Below, one piece after another: positions 10,770-23,390 of a DNA stretch of 64,000 nt. The stretch lies in contig JAUILZ010000003.1 in the NCBI GenBank assembly GCA_030432755.1, positions 195,863 through 259,862 of the forward strand, read 5' to 3'. Positions within the stretch are counted from its first letter, which is position 1; each line of letters starts with the position of its first letter. Source of the DNA: Gammaproteobacteria bacterium (GTDB lineage Bacteria; Pseudomonadota; Gammaproteobacteria; Arenicellales; Poriferihabitantaceae). Under the pieces are notes generated by a model. The model was not told the origin of the DNA. It searched no databases and saw nothing but the letters and a program-made list of their open reading frames with translations. The translations under genes were made by a program, and so were the position numbers.

Positions 10770-11618
10770 TCAGGCGGCCAGCGGCGCCTCGCCCGCCACC
10801 GCGACGCGCAGGAGTTCGCGCCGATGGCCGTCATAGTCGTTGACCGCGTAGTGCATCGTCGAGCGGTTGTCCCACATCGCCACCACGCCGGGCTGCCAGC
10901 GCCAGCGGCAGGTAAATTCCGGCCGCGTGCAGTGCGCGTAAACCGCCTGCAGTACTGCCTCTCCCCGCGCGGCGTCCACCCCGTCGAGGCGCGTGGTATA
11001 GGTGGGATTCACGAACAGCATCTCCTCGCCGGTTTCCGGGTGGCGGCACACCGCCGGGTGGCGTGTCTCCCGGTCCGCCTCCGGGTTGCCACGAGCGATG
11101 TCGATGGAGCCGCGAAAGCGCGTAGATTCCTCGGGCGCATTGGCTGCCCCATAGGGTTTCCCGGTATGCACCGCGATTCGCCCCACGAGCGCATCACGGA
11201 GCGGTTGGGGCAGTTTCCGCCAGGCCAGCCCCATGTCCACCCACAGGGTATCGCCGCCCACCGGTGGCACGTCGACGCTATAGAGGATCGAGGCGGCGGG
11301 CGGCGCCGGCAGGAAGCTGAAATCGGAATGCCATTCACCACCGAACACGCCCATGCCGACTTCGTCCGCCTCCTTGAGCACGCGGATCACCTCGGGATGA
11401 CCTTCCATCGGCCGGATATAGGGCAGTTGCATGAGCGCGCCGAGGCAAGACCCGAGCCTGCACAGCGCGTCCGCATCCAGCGACTGCTCCGGAAAGAACA
11501 GCACCTTGTAGCGCAGCCAGGCGTCGCGGACTGCATCGAATGCCTGTTGGTCGAGCGACATCAGGTCGATGCCCTCCACGGTGGCGCCGATGGAGGGAGT
11601 CAGGGGGACGAGTTTCAT
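10770..11618 (-). CDS. TauD/TfdA-family Fe(II)/2-oxoglutarate dioxygenase
   Basis: WHSDFSF (HxD iron ligands); overall TauD-like layout; 282 aa from the ATG at 11618. Confidence 0.85.
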   Translation of the reverse strand: MKLVPLTPSIGATVEGIDLMSLDQQAFDAVRDAWLRYKVLFFPEQSLDADALCRLGSCLGALMQLPYIRPMEGHPEVIRVLKEADEVGMGVFGGEWHSDFSFLPAPPAASILYSVDVPPVGGDTLWVDMGLAWRKLPQPLRDALVGRIAVHTGKPYGAANAPEESTRFRGSIDIARGNPEADRETRHPAVCRHPETGEEMLFVNPTYTTRLDGVDAARGEAVLQAVYAHCTRPEFTCRWRWQPGVVAMWDNRSTMHYAVNDYDGHRRELLRVAVAGEAPLAA

Positions 11619-11726
11619 GGTGATTGGCGCTGGCGAACGACCCAGCATAACGCCGGCACCAGGGAATGCAAGGTCTGGCCAGGGTGAATCCTGTTATCAT
11701 TCGCCGTTACCCGCGAACCCCTTTCC

Positions 11727-13622
11727 ATGCCCGCGCCACTGCTTTCCCCGGACTGGTTCCGAGAACGCCGATATGCCCTGCTGGTGGGTATCGCGCTGAG
11801 CATCCTGTACCTGTGGCTGGTCGCATTCCGGGGTGAATTCGAGATCCATATCGACAGTCCGGGCAAGGATGCCACGTTCTTCAAGGTGTACTGGGCCGGG
11901 GAAGGACAGGACTACAGCGAATCGCGCAGCCGCCGGGCGCGTATCCGCACCGGTTCTTACCAACTCAAGGTGCCGGTGGGCAATCTCGGCGGTATCGCGC
12001 GCCTGCGTATCGATCCCATCGAATACGCCGGGGAGGTCACGATCCGTTCCGTCGCCCTTGGCCAGACGGGGTTCGAGGAAATCATCCTCGGGCCAGGGGA
12101 ACTGTCCACCCTCGCGCCCCTGGCGCAGATCGAAACTCTCGAAACCACGGGCGAAGGTCTGCGCGTCGTTACCAGTGGCCGCGATGGCAATGTCGAGTGG
12201 CGCGTGAGCCCGCGACGCAGCGACGGGATTCCGTGGATTCATCCCGCCAACGTGCTGTTGATCCTCGGCGCCTGCCTGCTGCTTGCCAGTTCCGCGGCAC
12301 GGCTGGTGAGTGAGAACAACTATGTCGTCGCGGGGCTGATCACCGCAACTGTACTCGCCGCCATCATGGCCACGGTGAGCACCATCTATACCCATCCGGA
12401 CGAACACGTCCACCTGGAAGCGGTGAAGTACTATGGCGATCACTGGCTGCCACCGTCACTGGACTCGCCGGACATAGCCCACACTTTCAGCGACTATGGC
12501 AAGAGCCGTCTCAGTACCTACGAACTTTACTACCCGGTCGCAGGCTATTTCACCCGCCTGCTGGCACCGCTCAAGACCGCCGACCTGATCAATGCGCGGT
12601 CATTCAACGTGCTGCTGCTCGCCGTCCTCCTGCTGATCGCAGCAGCGCGTTCGCGCTTTCGCTATTTCGCCCTGCCGCTCATTATCTCGCCCCAGGTCTG
12701 GTACCTGTACAGCTACCCCAACTCCGATGGCTTCGAGTTGATGCTGAGCGTGATCGCCGCCTGGCAGATCGCGGTTTCCGACAGCGCCCTCAACCGCTTC
12801 CTGGGCGAGGAGCGGCCGCGACGATTCCTGCTGTGCGTGCTGATGTTCGGCGCGCTCGCGGGAGCGTTACTGCTCGGCAAGCAAACCTTCTGGTTCTTCC
12901 TGCTGTTCCTGCTCTTCTATCTCCTGTGGCGCATGCGCCTCGGTTACTACCCGGACGTGCGCCGTGTCTGGTTACGCGTGGCGATGCTCGCTGGCGTGGC
13001 GCTGGTGATGGTCGGCACGCGGGTGGCGCTCGACTACGCCGCCAACGGACCGGACCCGCGGGCAAAATTCCAGGAATACGTAGAGAAAACCGCCAAGCCG
13101 CAATACAAGCCAAGCACCCCGAAAGAAGACAAGCACATCTATCTCAACCTGCGGGATCGTGGCAAGGATCTCGACGTGGTGTTGCAGTTTCTCGACTGGG
13201 GGACCGTCACCTTCGCCACCGCGTTCGGCTCCTACGGTTATACCCAGTACTACGCCAGCGACGATTACTTCGCCGCGGTGCGCTGGCTCGTCTGCCTGCT
13301 GCTGGGAGCCATGGTGGTGTATGCGCTGATCAATGGCCCACCCGAGATGCATGTGCTGATCCTGCTGGCAGCGGCTTGCGCGACACTGCTGGTTTGCGCG
13401 TCGATCTGGAATTCCTGGAACGAGAACTTCCAGGCACAGGGGCGCTACATGGCGCCGATACTGCCGATGATCTCCATTGTCTACTACCATATCAGGCATT
13501 ACGTCGGCCCTCGCCTGATCGCCACCCTGGCGCTGTCCCTGTTTGCGCTTGGCGTCTATTCGTTTATCTTTGTCGGCCTCTCCAGGATCGCCAAGACGTC
13601 ATACTACATGGCCGTGGGCTGA
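11727..13622 (+). CDS. Polytopic membrane protein with an N-terminal extracytoplasmic domain (GT-C/DUF2142-like, tentative)
   Basis: One TM segment, then a beta-rich domain of about 130 aa, then at least 10 TM segments. HPDEHVH acidic motif sits in the first loop after the TM bundle starts. No firm family call is possible by eye. Confidence 0.5.
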   Translation: MPAPLLSPDWFRERRYALLVGIALSILYLWLVAFRGEFEIHIDSPGKDATFFKVYWAGEGQDYSESRSRRARIRTGSYQLKVPVGNLGGIARLRIDPIEYAGEVTIRSVALGQTGFEEIILGPGELSTLAPLAQIETLETTGEGLRVVTSGRDGNVEWRVSPRRSDGIPWIHPANVLLILGACLLLASSAARLVSENNYVVAGLITATVLAAIMATVSTIYTHPDEHVHLEAVKYYGDHWLPPSLDSPDIAHTFSDYGKSRLSTYELYYPVAGYFTRLLAPLKTADLINARSFNVLLLAVLLLIAAARSRFRYFALPLIISPQVWYLYSYPNSDGFELMLSVIAAWQIAVSDSALNRFLGEERPRRFLLCVLMFGALAGALLLGKQTFWFFLLFLLFYLLWRMRLGYYPDVRRVWLRVAMLAGVALVMVGTRVALDYAANGPDPRAKFQEYVEKTAKPQYKPSTPKEDKHIYLNLRDRGKDLDVVLQFLDWGTVTFATAFGSYGYTQYYASDDYFAAVRWLVCLLLGAMVVYALINGPPEMHVLILLAAACATLLVCASIWNSWNENFQAQGRYMAPILPMISIVYYHIRHYVGPRLIATLALSLFALGVYSFIFVGLSRIAKTSYYMAVG

Positions 13623-14240
13623 CGCCGGACCGCCCGCCGGCGCTCCGAAACCGTCCAGCGCGAGCAACTCCCCGATCGAGCGAATACGGTGATCGGTAAA
13701 CTCCGGCCAGGGAAAGCGGCCACTGGAATCGAAATGGACGGTGCGCACACCGGCACGTCGACCCGCCTCGATGTCGTAGCGAAAATCCCCCACCATGACC
13801 GTTGCTTCCGGTTGCGCGCCCCACAGGGAAAGCAAATGATGGATGCCGGCCGGACTTGGCTTCGGCGCGCAGGTCTCGCGCCCGATCACGTGGCGTGACT
13901 GGAACAGGTGTTCGAAGCCACTCGCCCGGAGGGTGGCGGCGGCAATGTCCTCGTCGTTGCGCGTCAGGATACCCAGGGTTGCGCCGCGCGCGGCGAGCGA
14001 TTCGAGCACGGCGAGCGCACCGGGCTGCGGCCGGGCGCTGGCGGCGAGATCCATTTCCACGTCGTGCAGGATTCGTCTCGCCTCGGCCGCATCGGCGTCG
14101 GACATGCGCGCGATCGCCTCCAGGATCGGGGTGTCCGCGGGAATCCCGATCAGCTTGCGGATCGCGTTGAAGTCATGCACGGGCACCGTTAGGGTGCCGT
14201 CCATATCGAATATCCAGTGCTTGCAGTCACTCAATTGCAA
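13599..14240 (-). CDS. HAD-superfamily hydrolase (phosphatase-like)
   Basis: Motif I FDMDGTLT near the N-terminus; VGDFRYDIEAG motif; TTG start. The 3' end overlaps the convergent gene by 24 nt. Confidence 0.8.
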   Translation of the reverse strand: MQLSDCKHWIFDMDGTLTVPVHDFNAIRKLIGIPADTPILEAIARMSDADAAEARRILHDVEMDLAASARPQPGALAVLESLAARGATLGILTRNDEDIAAATLRASGFEHLFQSRHVIGRETCAPKPSPAGIHHLLSLWGAQPEATVMVGDFRYDIEAGRRAGVRTVHFDSSGRFPWPEFTDHRIRSIGELLALDGFGAPAGGPASAHGHVV

Positions 14241-14290
14241 GGGGCGCTACACTCCGGCGTTCATTGGATTTTGTTGGGCTGGGGAACTTG

Positions 14291-14731
14291 ATGGTGCGAT
14301 CACGCAAGTTGCTGCAACTGGCCGTCATCCTCGTGGTGGCGGGCTACGTTGCGTGGACGGAATACGCACCGCGGACGCCTGCAGGGACGGGCGCGGCTGA
14401 TGATAGCGCACTCGTCTCCGCCATCGCCAACCGCGAGAGCGATGTCCAGGTCACCGGTACTGGCGAGGTAATCAAGCTCCTTGGAGACGATACACGCGGA
14501 AGCCGCCACCAGCGCTTTCTCGTCAGGATCGATTCCGGTGACGTGATCCTGGTAGCCCACAACATCGATCTCGCCCCGCGCCTCGACGCGCTGCGCGAGG
14601 GAGACACGATCGCGTTCAATGGCGAATTCGAATGGAACGACAAGGGCGGCGTGGTGCACTGGACGCATCGGGACCCTCGCGGCCATCACGTCGATGGCTG
14701 GCTGCGACACGACGGCAATACCTACTGGTAA
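14291..14731 (+). CDS. DUF3465-family protein with N-terminal membrane anchor
   Basis: ...GSRHQRFLVRI...VAHNIDLAPR...GEFEWNDKGGVVHWTHRDP.. pattern typical of DUF3465. An alternative TTG start lies at 14264. Confidence 0.7.
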   Translation: MVRSRKLLQLAVILVVAGYVAWTEYAPRTPAGTGAADDSALVSAIANRESDVQVTGTGEVIKLLGDDTRGSRHQRFLVRIDSGDVILVAHNIDLAPRLDALREGDTIAFNGEFEWNDKGGVVHWTHRDPRGHHVDGWLRHDGNTYW

Positions 14732-14737
14732 CCCGGA

Positions 14738-17152
14738 TCAAAATACCGCGTCCAGCACCTCGGTGTATTCACCTGCGAAGGTCACCTTGAGACCCTTGCG
14801 GATATGCTCCGGCAATTCCTCGAAATCACCGCGATTGGATTTCGGCAGCACCAGGTTGCGCACCTTCATCCTGCGCGCGGCGATGACCTTCTCCCGGATG
14901 CCGCCCACGGGCAGCACCTTGCCGGTGAGCGAAATCTCGCCGGTCATGGCGAGCGAGGCGCGCACCTTCTTTTTCCGCGCCAGGGAGATCAGTGCGGTGG
15001 TCATGGTGATCCCCGCGCTGGGACCGTCCTTGGGCGTCGCGCCCGCCGGGACGTGCAGGTGGATCATGGCTTTCTTGAAGAAATCCGGGTCCACGCCCAG
15101 CTTCTTCGCATTGCCGACCACGTAGCTGTAGGCGATCTCGGCAGACTCCTTCATCACGTCGCCCAGCTGCCCGGTGAGCCGAAAGCCGCGGGAATCGCCG
15201 TGGCTGCGTGACGCCTCGATATCGAGGGTGGCGCCGCCGAGGGCGGTCCATGCCAGGCCGGTGACCACGCCGATGCCCTGGATACGGTCTTCCTCGCTGA
15301 AGGTGGGTTTGCCGAGGTATTCCTCGATGTCCTTTGCCTTCACGTGGACGGGCGCGGGCTCACCGCGCAGGAGTTTCATCACCGCCTTGCGCGCGATGGT
15401 GCCAAGCAGTTTCTCCAGCCGGCGTACCCCCGCCTCGCGCGCGTACTGCTCGATGATGCGGCGGATCGCGGCGGTGTCGATGCGGAGCTGGCCGCGTTTC
15501 TTCAGTCCCGCGCGCTCGAGTTGTTTCGGCAGCAGGTGGCCGCGCGCGATGGCGACCTTTTCCGCCGCGAGATAGCCCGACAGGCGCATGACCTCCATGC
15601 GGTCGAGCAACGGACCGGGGATGGTGTCGAGCTGGTTCGCGGTACAGATAAACAGCACCTTCGACAGGTCGACGCGCACGTCGAGGTAGTGATCGAGGAA
15701 GTCGCGGTTCTGTTCCGGGTCGAGGACCTCGAGCAGCGCCGACGCGGGGTCGCCGCGATAACTGCTGCCGATCTTGTCGATCTCGTCCAGCATGATCACC
15801 GGGTTATCGGTCTCGCATTCGCGCAGCGCCTGGACGAACTTGCCCGGCATCGCGCCGATATAGGTGCGGCGATGGCCCTTGATCTCCGATTCGTCCTGCA
15901 TGCCACCCAGGCTGAAGCGATAGAACTTGCGTCCCAGGGCGCTCGCCACGGAACGCCCAAGTGAGGTCTTGCCCACGCCGGGCGGTCCGGTGAGGAGGAT
16001 GATGGAACCCGCGATGTCGCCGCGCATCTTGCCGATACCGATGAACTCGAGGATGCGGTCCTTCACCTCGCGCAGACCCTCGTGGTCGCGGTCGAGAATG
16101 CGGGTCGCGTTGTCGAGGTCGAGGGAGTCCTCGCTCGATTTTCCCCAGGGCACGCTGGTGAGCCACTCGAGGTAGTTGCGGGTCACGGTGTATTCCGGCG
16201 AGCCACGCTCCAGTACTGACATCTTGTCGAGCTCCTCGTCGATGCGCTTCTTCGCGTGCTCCGGCACGACGCAGCTTTCCAGCCGCTCGCGAAACTCCTC
16301 GATCTCCGCCGCGCGGTCGTCCTTGGAAATGCCGAGCTCCTTCTGGATGAACTTGAGCTGCTCGCGCAGGAACGCCTCGCGCTGGTGGCGCGTCATTTCG
16401 CCTTCCACGTGGGCGCGGATCTCGGTCTGCGCCCTGGCGATCTCGAGTTCCTTCTGCAGCAACACCAGCGTCTTTTCGAGCCGGGTCTGGAGGTCCAGGG
16501 TCTCCAGCACCTCCTGCAGTTCCTCCGCCGCCGCGGTGGTGAGGCTCGCACCGAAATCCGCCAGGCGCGCCGGCTCTCCCGGGCCGAAGTGATTGAGGAA
16601 CAGTTTCAGTTCCTCGCCGTACATCGGGTTGAGCGGCAACAGTTCCTTGATGATATTGACGATGGCGGTGGTGTACGCCTTGATCTCCACCGATTCGCCG
16701 GGAGCATGCTCCGAGTAGTACGTGACGTAGGCGGTAAACGGATGGCGCCGCGTCGCCCAGGCATTGATGCGGAAGCGCTGCATGCCCGCGAGAATGACGT
16801 GCAGCTGGTTGTCGTGCTGCTCGATCTGGTGGATGCGGCACACGGTGCCCACCGCGCGGAAGTCACGCACGCTGACCTTGTCCGGCGGTACGCCGCCGGT
16901 GTAGACAACACCCACCACCGGGTTGCCCGTGTTGGCGATGCGTTTCAGCGCCTCCCCCCACTTCTTCGCCTCCATCACCAGGGGCAGGACCTGGCCGGGG
17001 AAAAATGGTTTCTTTTCAAGGGGTAGCAGGAGAATCTGCCCCGGCAGCACATCTTCCGGGCGAGCGAGATCGGTGACGATTTCCCCCCGTGTGTGCGCGC
17101 CTTCGTCGCGCCCCGCGGACTGCTCCGCGGAGTATTCGGATTTTTCTGACAT
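14738..17152 (-). CDS. lon: Lon-family ATP-dependent protease
   Basis: LON N-domain, Walker A GPPGVGKTS, and protease motif PKDGPSAGITM with catalytic Ser. ATG at 17152 (MSEKSEY). Confidence 0.9.
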   Translation of the reverse strand: MSEKSEYSAEQSAGRDEGAHTRGEIVTDLARPEDVLPGQILLLPLEKKPFFPGQVLPLVMEAKKWGEALKRIANTGNPVVGVVYTGGVPPDKVSVRDFRAVGTVCRIHQIEQHDNQLHVILAGMQRFRINAWATRRHPFTAYVTYYSEHAPGESVEIKAYTTAIVNIIKELLPLNPMYGEELKLFLNHFGPGEPARLADFGASLTTAAAEELQEVLETLDLQTRLEKTLVLLQKELEIARAQTEIRAHVEGEMTRHQREAFLREQLKFIQKELGISKDDRAAEIEEFRERLESCVVPEHAKKRIDEELDKMSVLERGSPEYTVTRNYLEWLTSVPWGKSSEDSLDLDNATRILDRDHEGLREVKDRILEFIGIGKMRGDIAGSIILLTGPPGVGKTSLGRSVASALGRKFYRFSLGGMQDESEIKGHRRTYIGAMPGKFVQALRECETDNPVIMLDEIDKIGSSYRGDPASALLEVLDPEQNRDFLDHYLDVRVDLSKVLFICTANQLDTIPGPLLDRMEVMRLSGYLAAEKVAIARGHLLPKQLERAGLKKRGQLRIDTAAIRRIIEQYAREAGVRRLEKLLGTIARKAVMKLLRGEPAPVHVKAKDIEEYLGKPTFSEEDRIQGIGVVTGLAWTALGGATLDIEASRSHGDSRGFRLTGQLGDVMKESAEIAYSYVVGNAKKLGVDPDFFKKAMIHLHVPAGATPKDGPSAGITMTTALISLARKKKVRASLAMTGEISLTGKVLPVGGIREKVIAARRMKVRNLVLPKSNRGDFEELPEHIRKGLKVTFAGEYTEVLDAVF

Positions 17153-17259
17153 GCACGCAAATATGGCGAACCCTGTCCGATTTACAAGGCTCCACCGGAA
17201 ACCGGTCGAATCCATTACCATCGTTACCCCGATATTCCTGGATACCCGACGCACCCGCG

Positions 17260-18591
17260 ATGGCGCGTAACTTCAAGATCATCAGCCTGCTACTTGGGCT
17301 GCGCACCAGTTTCTGGTTCCTGCCGGTCATCATGGTGGCGCTGTCCTTCGTCCTCGCCGCGCTGACGGTCTACCTGGACGAAAACTACCCGTTGCCGGCC
17401 GGCGCGTTCGGCGCATGGTACGACGGTATCGGCGCGGCGGGCGCGCGGACACTGTTCTCCACCATCGCCGGCTCCACCATCACCGTGACCGGGGTGATCT
17501 TCTCCATCGCCATGGTGGTACTCACCATGGCGTCGAGCCAGTTCGGCCCGCGGCTGATCCCGACCTTCATGCGCACCGGCAGCATCCAGTTCGGCTTCGG
17601 CATGTTCCTCGCGACGTTCATCTACGCGCTGCTGATGCTTGCCCTGGCGCCGGCGGATGCCCAGGGGGTGATCACGTCGCACTGGAGCGTCGTCGCGGGG
17701 CTGCTTCTCGGCATCCTCTCGTTCCTCTTTCTCATCTTCCTGGTCCACGAGATCGCGACCTTCGTCCAGGCGCCCAACGTGGCCGCCCGGGTGGCGAGCG
17801 ACATTCGCGACACCTTCGAACGCGTGTTTCCCGTGGAGCAGGCGCCCGTTGAGGAAGACTGGTTGTCCTCCTGGCAGGGTAACTACCAGGCCACGGAACT
17901 CCACTCGACCGGTGGCGGATACCTGCGCACGATCGATCATGCAGGCATCGCGAACTGCGCCGCGAAGATGAATGTGCGGGTCCACGTAAAGGTACGCCCA
18001 GGCCATCACGTGATACCAGGCGGACCGATCGCCACCGTATTCCATTCGGACAACCCGGAAGATGCCGTGATGCAGGGCCTGCTTGACTGCCTCGGTATCG
18101 GCACCGATCGCACCCTGGCCCAGGATACCGAGTACGCGGTGGACCAGATGAACGAGATCGCCCTGCGCGCGTTGTCTCCCGGCATCAACGATCCGTTCAC
18201 CGCGATCAATTGCATCGACAAACTCGGCGATGCCCTGGCCTTCCTCGCGCGCAGGCACCCGCCCGGCCCCGTTGTCCGCGACGCCGAGGGAGAACCCCGG
18301 GTGGTGGCCGCCACGGACAGCTATCGCAGTATCGTCGACTCGGCGTTCGACCAGATCCGCCAGAACGGGCGTGACAAGGCCGCTGTCATGATCCGCCTGC
18401 TGGCGGTACTGGCGAGCCTTGGGGAACTGGAGTTACCGAACGAGTTTCTCGATGCGCTGCGTGGCCAGTTTCAGCAGATCGCGGACTGCGAGTCCTGCCG
18501 GTTTGAATTTCCCGGCGACCAGGAGGATTTCGAGCGCCAGCTCGAACGTACCCGCGCGGCGCTTGGGAATCAGACTACGGCGAACGCCTGA
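17260..18591 (+). CDS. DUF2254-family membrane protein
   Basis: N-terminal TM segments (FWFLPVIMVAL..., TVTGVIFSIAMVVLTMASSQFGPRL) followed by a soluble C-terminal domain. ATG at 17260. Confidence 0.75.
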   Translation: MARNFKIISLLLGLRTSFWFLPVIMVALSFVLAALTVYLDENYPLPAGAFGAWYDGIGAAGARTLFSTIAGSTITVTGVIFSIAMVVLTMASSQFGPRLIPTFMRTGSIQFGFGMFLATFIYALLMLALAPADAQGVITSHWSVVAGLLLGILSFLFLIFLVHEIATFVQAPNVAARVASDIRDTFERVFPVEQAPVEEDWLSSWQGNYQATELHSTGGGYLRTIDHAGIANCAAKMNVRVHVKVRPGHHVIPGGPIATVFHSDNPEDAVMQGLLDCLGIGTDRTLAQDTEYAVDQMNEIALRALSPGINDPFTAINCIDKLGDALAFLARRHPPGPVVRDAEGEPRVVAATDSYRSIVDSAFDQIRQNGRDKAAVMIRLLAVLASLGELELPNEFLDALRGQFQQIADCESCRFEFPGDQEDFERQLERTRAALGNQTTANA

Positions 18592-18613
18592 GACGCGCGA
18601 AGCGCCAGCGCCG

Positions 18614-19309
18614 TCAACCGCCCTCGTGTTCGCCGATGCGGCCGTCCTCGATGTTCACCACGCGGCCCATGCGATCGGCGAGCTTGAGATCGTGGGTGAC
18701 GACGATCAGGCTGGTGCCGGAGGCCTCGTTCAGTTCCACCAGCAGTTCGTGGATCGATTCCGCGGTGCGCGAATCCAGGTTGCCCGTGGGTTCGTCGGCC
18801 ATGATGCAGCGCGGATTGCCCACCATGGCGCGTGCAAGGGCGGCGCGCTGGCGTTCGCCGCCGGACAATTCCGCCGGCTTGTGATTCAGCCTCGGGCCGA
18901 GGCCCACGCGTTCGAGGATGTCAGCGGCCTGCTGCATGGCGACTTCCGGCGGTTCGCGACGGATGAGTAGCGGCATCGCCACGTTTTCCTGGGCGGAGAA
19001 CTCCGCCAGCAGGTGGTGGAACTGGTAGACGAAGCCAAGCATCCGGTTACGCAGGTCACCGCGGGCCTTCTGTGACAGCCGGTTCACGTCCTGGCCATCG
19101 ACAAGGACATTCCCGGTACTCGGCTCGGCGAGGCCGCCGAGAATATGCAGCAGCGTGGTCTTGCCCGAGCCCGAGGCGCCGACGATGGAAACCAGTTCTC
19201 CCTGGGCGACCTCGAAGTCGATGTCGTGGAGCACGTCCACGCTGATCGGACCCTCGTCGAAGGTCTTGCTGACGCCGCGGGCGACGACGATGGGTTGTGG
19301 CTCGTCCAT
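18614..19309 (-). CDS. lolD: Lipoprotein-releasing ABC transporter ATP-binding protein LolD
   Basis: Walker [18 protein letters not shown] signature and Walker B. Lies directly after the permease gene. Confidence 0.9.
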   Translation of the reverse strand: MDEPQPIVVARGVSKTFDEGPISVDVLHDIDFEVAQGELVSIVGASGSGKTTLLHILGGLAEPSTGNVLVDGQDVNRLSQKARGDLRNRMLGFVYQFHHLLAEFSAQENVAMPLLIRREPPEVAMQQAADILERVGLGPRLNHKPAELSGGERQRAALARAMVGNPRCIMADEPTGNLDSRTAESIHELLVELNEASGTSLIVVTHDLKLADRMGRVVNIEDGRIGEHEGG

Positions 19310-19311
19310 GG

Positions 19312-20555
19312 TCAGTCGTAGCGCAGGGCGTCGGCGGGCTGCACGCGGGAGGCGCGCCAGGCGGGATAGAGCGTGGCGAGGAAACTGAGCGCGAGGGAGA
19401 TCACCACCACCCAGGTCACGTCGGGCCAGCGCAGTTCCGCCGGGAAGTCGGTGATGACGTAGACGCTGACCGGAAACAGCTCGGTGTTGAACAGGCGCTC
19501 GATGGCGGGAATGATGGTCTGCACGTTGAGCGCGGTGAGCACGCCAAGCAGCGCCCCCACCACGGTGCCGACGAAGCCGATGACGGTGCCCTGCACCATG
19601 AACACCTTCATCACGCTGCCGGGACTCATGCCCAGCGTACGCAGTATCGCCACGTCGGGCTGCTTGTCGGTGACTATCATCACCAGGGTGGAGACGATGT
19701 TGAACGCCGCCACCGCGATGATCAGCGTGAGCACGATAAACACCACCCGCTTCTCGATCTCGAGCGCGCGGAAGAAGTTCGCATGCTCGCGCGTCCAGTC
19801 GCGGATGTAGTAGCGCTGCTCCAGGTCCTGGTCGATCTGCCGGCCGACCATTGGCGCGCGATCGACATCATGCAGGCGCAGGCGCACGCCGCTGACCTCG
19901 CCGTCCATGTCGAGCAGGCGCGCCGCGTCGTCGATATGTACCAGCGCGATCCCGCTGTCGTACTCGTGCATGTCGATCCTGAACAACCCTACCACGGTGA
20001 ACCGCTTCATCCGCGGCAACAGGCCGGCGGGGGTCACCTTGCCCTTGGGAGCCACCACCGTGACCTTGTCGCCGAGGCGCACACCGAGGATGCGCGCCAG
20101 GGTATCGCCAAGGATGATGCCGAAGTCACCGGGGCGGAGCGCCGCGGCATTGCCTTCGACGACGTGGTCCAGCACCTCGGAGACGTCCTTCTCTTTCTCC
20201 GGCAGGATGCCGCGGATGAGCGCACCGGTCACCTCATTGCCCTTTGTCAGCATCCCCTGGCCGAGGATGAACGGCGACTGCGCCGCGACCTCGGCATTGC
20301 CTTGCACGCGGGCGGATACCTCCTCCCAGTCAGCGAGCTTGCCGTCATCACCGGAGATCGTGACATGGGACACCACGAACAGGATGCGCTCGCGCAAATC
20401 CTTGTGGAAGCCGTTCATGATGGACATCACCGTGATCAGCGCCCACACCCCGAGGATCACGCCGATCATCGAGGTCGCGGAGATGAACGAAATGAAGTGG
20501 TTCCTGCGCTTGGCCCGGGTATATCGGAGGCCGATAAGGAGTTCGAGCGGCCGGA

Positions 20556-20559
<4 letters not shown>
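19312..20559 (-). CDS. Lipoprotein-releasing system permease (LolC/LolE/LolF family)
   Basis: [27 protein letters not shown]... and the C-terminal ...[19 protein letters not shown] match the LolC/E family end to end. Confidence 0.9.
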
Positions 20560-22031
<1,472 letters not shown>

Positions 22032-22044
22032 CGTCTGGAACTCG

Positions 22045-23143
22045 TTACAGGCCCGCCTTGAGACTGGCCTCCATGAATCGGTCGAGATCGCCGTCGAGCA
22101 CCGCCTGGGTGTTGCCGGTCTCGACCCCGGTGCGCAGGTCCTTGATGCGCGACTGGTCGAGCACGTAGGAACGGATCTGGCTGCCCCAGCCAATATCCGC
22201 CTTGGTCTCCTCCTCCGCCTGGGAGGCCTCGCGGCGCTTCTGGATCTCGGCCTCGTACAGGCGCGCGCGCAGCATGTTCATCGCCTCGGCCTTGTTGCGG
22301 TGCTGGGAGCGGTCGTTCTGGCACTGCACCACGATCCCGGAGGGATTGTGGGTGATGCGCACCGCGGAGTCGGTGCGGTTGACGTGCTGCCCGCCCGCGC
22401 CGCTCGCGCGGTAGGTGTCGATTCGCAGGTCCGCGGGATTGATCTCGATTTCGAAGCTGTCGTCGATCTCGGGATAGACGTATACCGAGGCGAACGAGGT
22501 ATGGCGGCGGTTGCCGGAGTCGAACGGGCTCTTGCGCACCAGCCGGTGGACGCCGGTCTCCGTGCGCAGGTAGCCGTATGCGTATTCTCCGCTGAACTTG
22601 ATCGTGGCGCTCTTGATCCCGGCGACCTCGCCCTCGGAACGTTCGATAATTTCGACGTTGTACTCCGAGGCCTCTCCCCAGCGGGTGTACATGCGGAACA
22701 GCATCTCCGCCCAGTCCTGGGCCTCGGTGCCGCCGGAGCCCGCCTGGATGTCGAGGAAGGCATTGGCGCCGTCCGCCTCGCCGCTGAACATACGGCGGAA
22801 CTCGAGCTTCTCCAGCTCGCCGATGACCCGCTCCACCTCGACGCCGATCTCCTTCACGGTGTCGGCGTCATCCTCCGCCTGGGCAAGATCGAGCAGCTCC
22901 CGCGCATCGGCGAGGCCGCTGGTGATGCTGTCGAGGCCTTCCACCACCTCCGCCAGCCGGGTGCGCTCCTGGCCCAGCGCCTGGGCCTCCTCCGGATTAT
23001 CCCAGAGGTTCGGATCCTCCATGCGGAGGTCTACTTCCTCCAGTCTTTCGCGGCGGCCTTCGTAGTCAAAGAAACCCCCTGAGCGCGGCCACGCGCTCGC
23101 TGCCGGAATCGAGTAATTCGATGAGTTCGTTGGGCGTTTCCAT
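22045..23143 (-). CDS. prfB: Peptide chain release factor 2 (requires a programmed +1 frameshift)
   Basis: Frame 0 reads [28 protein letters not shown]. The +1 frame continues [29 protein letters not shown]... and contains the SPF and GGQ motifs ([10 protein letters not shown]). Confidence 0.95.
23065..23080 (-). promoter_or_regulatory. prfB autoregulatory +1 frameshift site (AGGGGG n3 CTT TGA C)
   Basis: The minus strand reads AGGGGGTTTCTTTGAC: an SD-like AGGGGG lies 3 nt before the CUU UGA C slippery/stop context. Confidence 0.9.
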
Positions 23144-23303
23144 GGGGCTGCGGGGGGAAATCTGGAGAGCGCGCAGGATACCGGAATCCGCCCTCGAATG
23201 ACAGGGAGAAAGCGGCGTTATCCGTTGATTTTGGGCGGAAATTCCTGGGAATCCCGTTGACATCGACAGGGTCAGCGGGTAAATTTCGCTCCCCCATCGA
23301 AAT

Positions 23304-23390
<87 letters not shown>

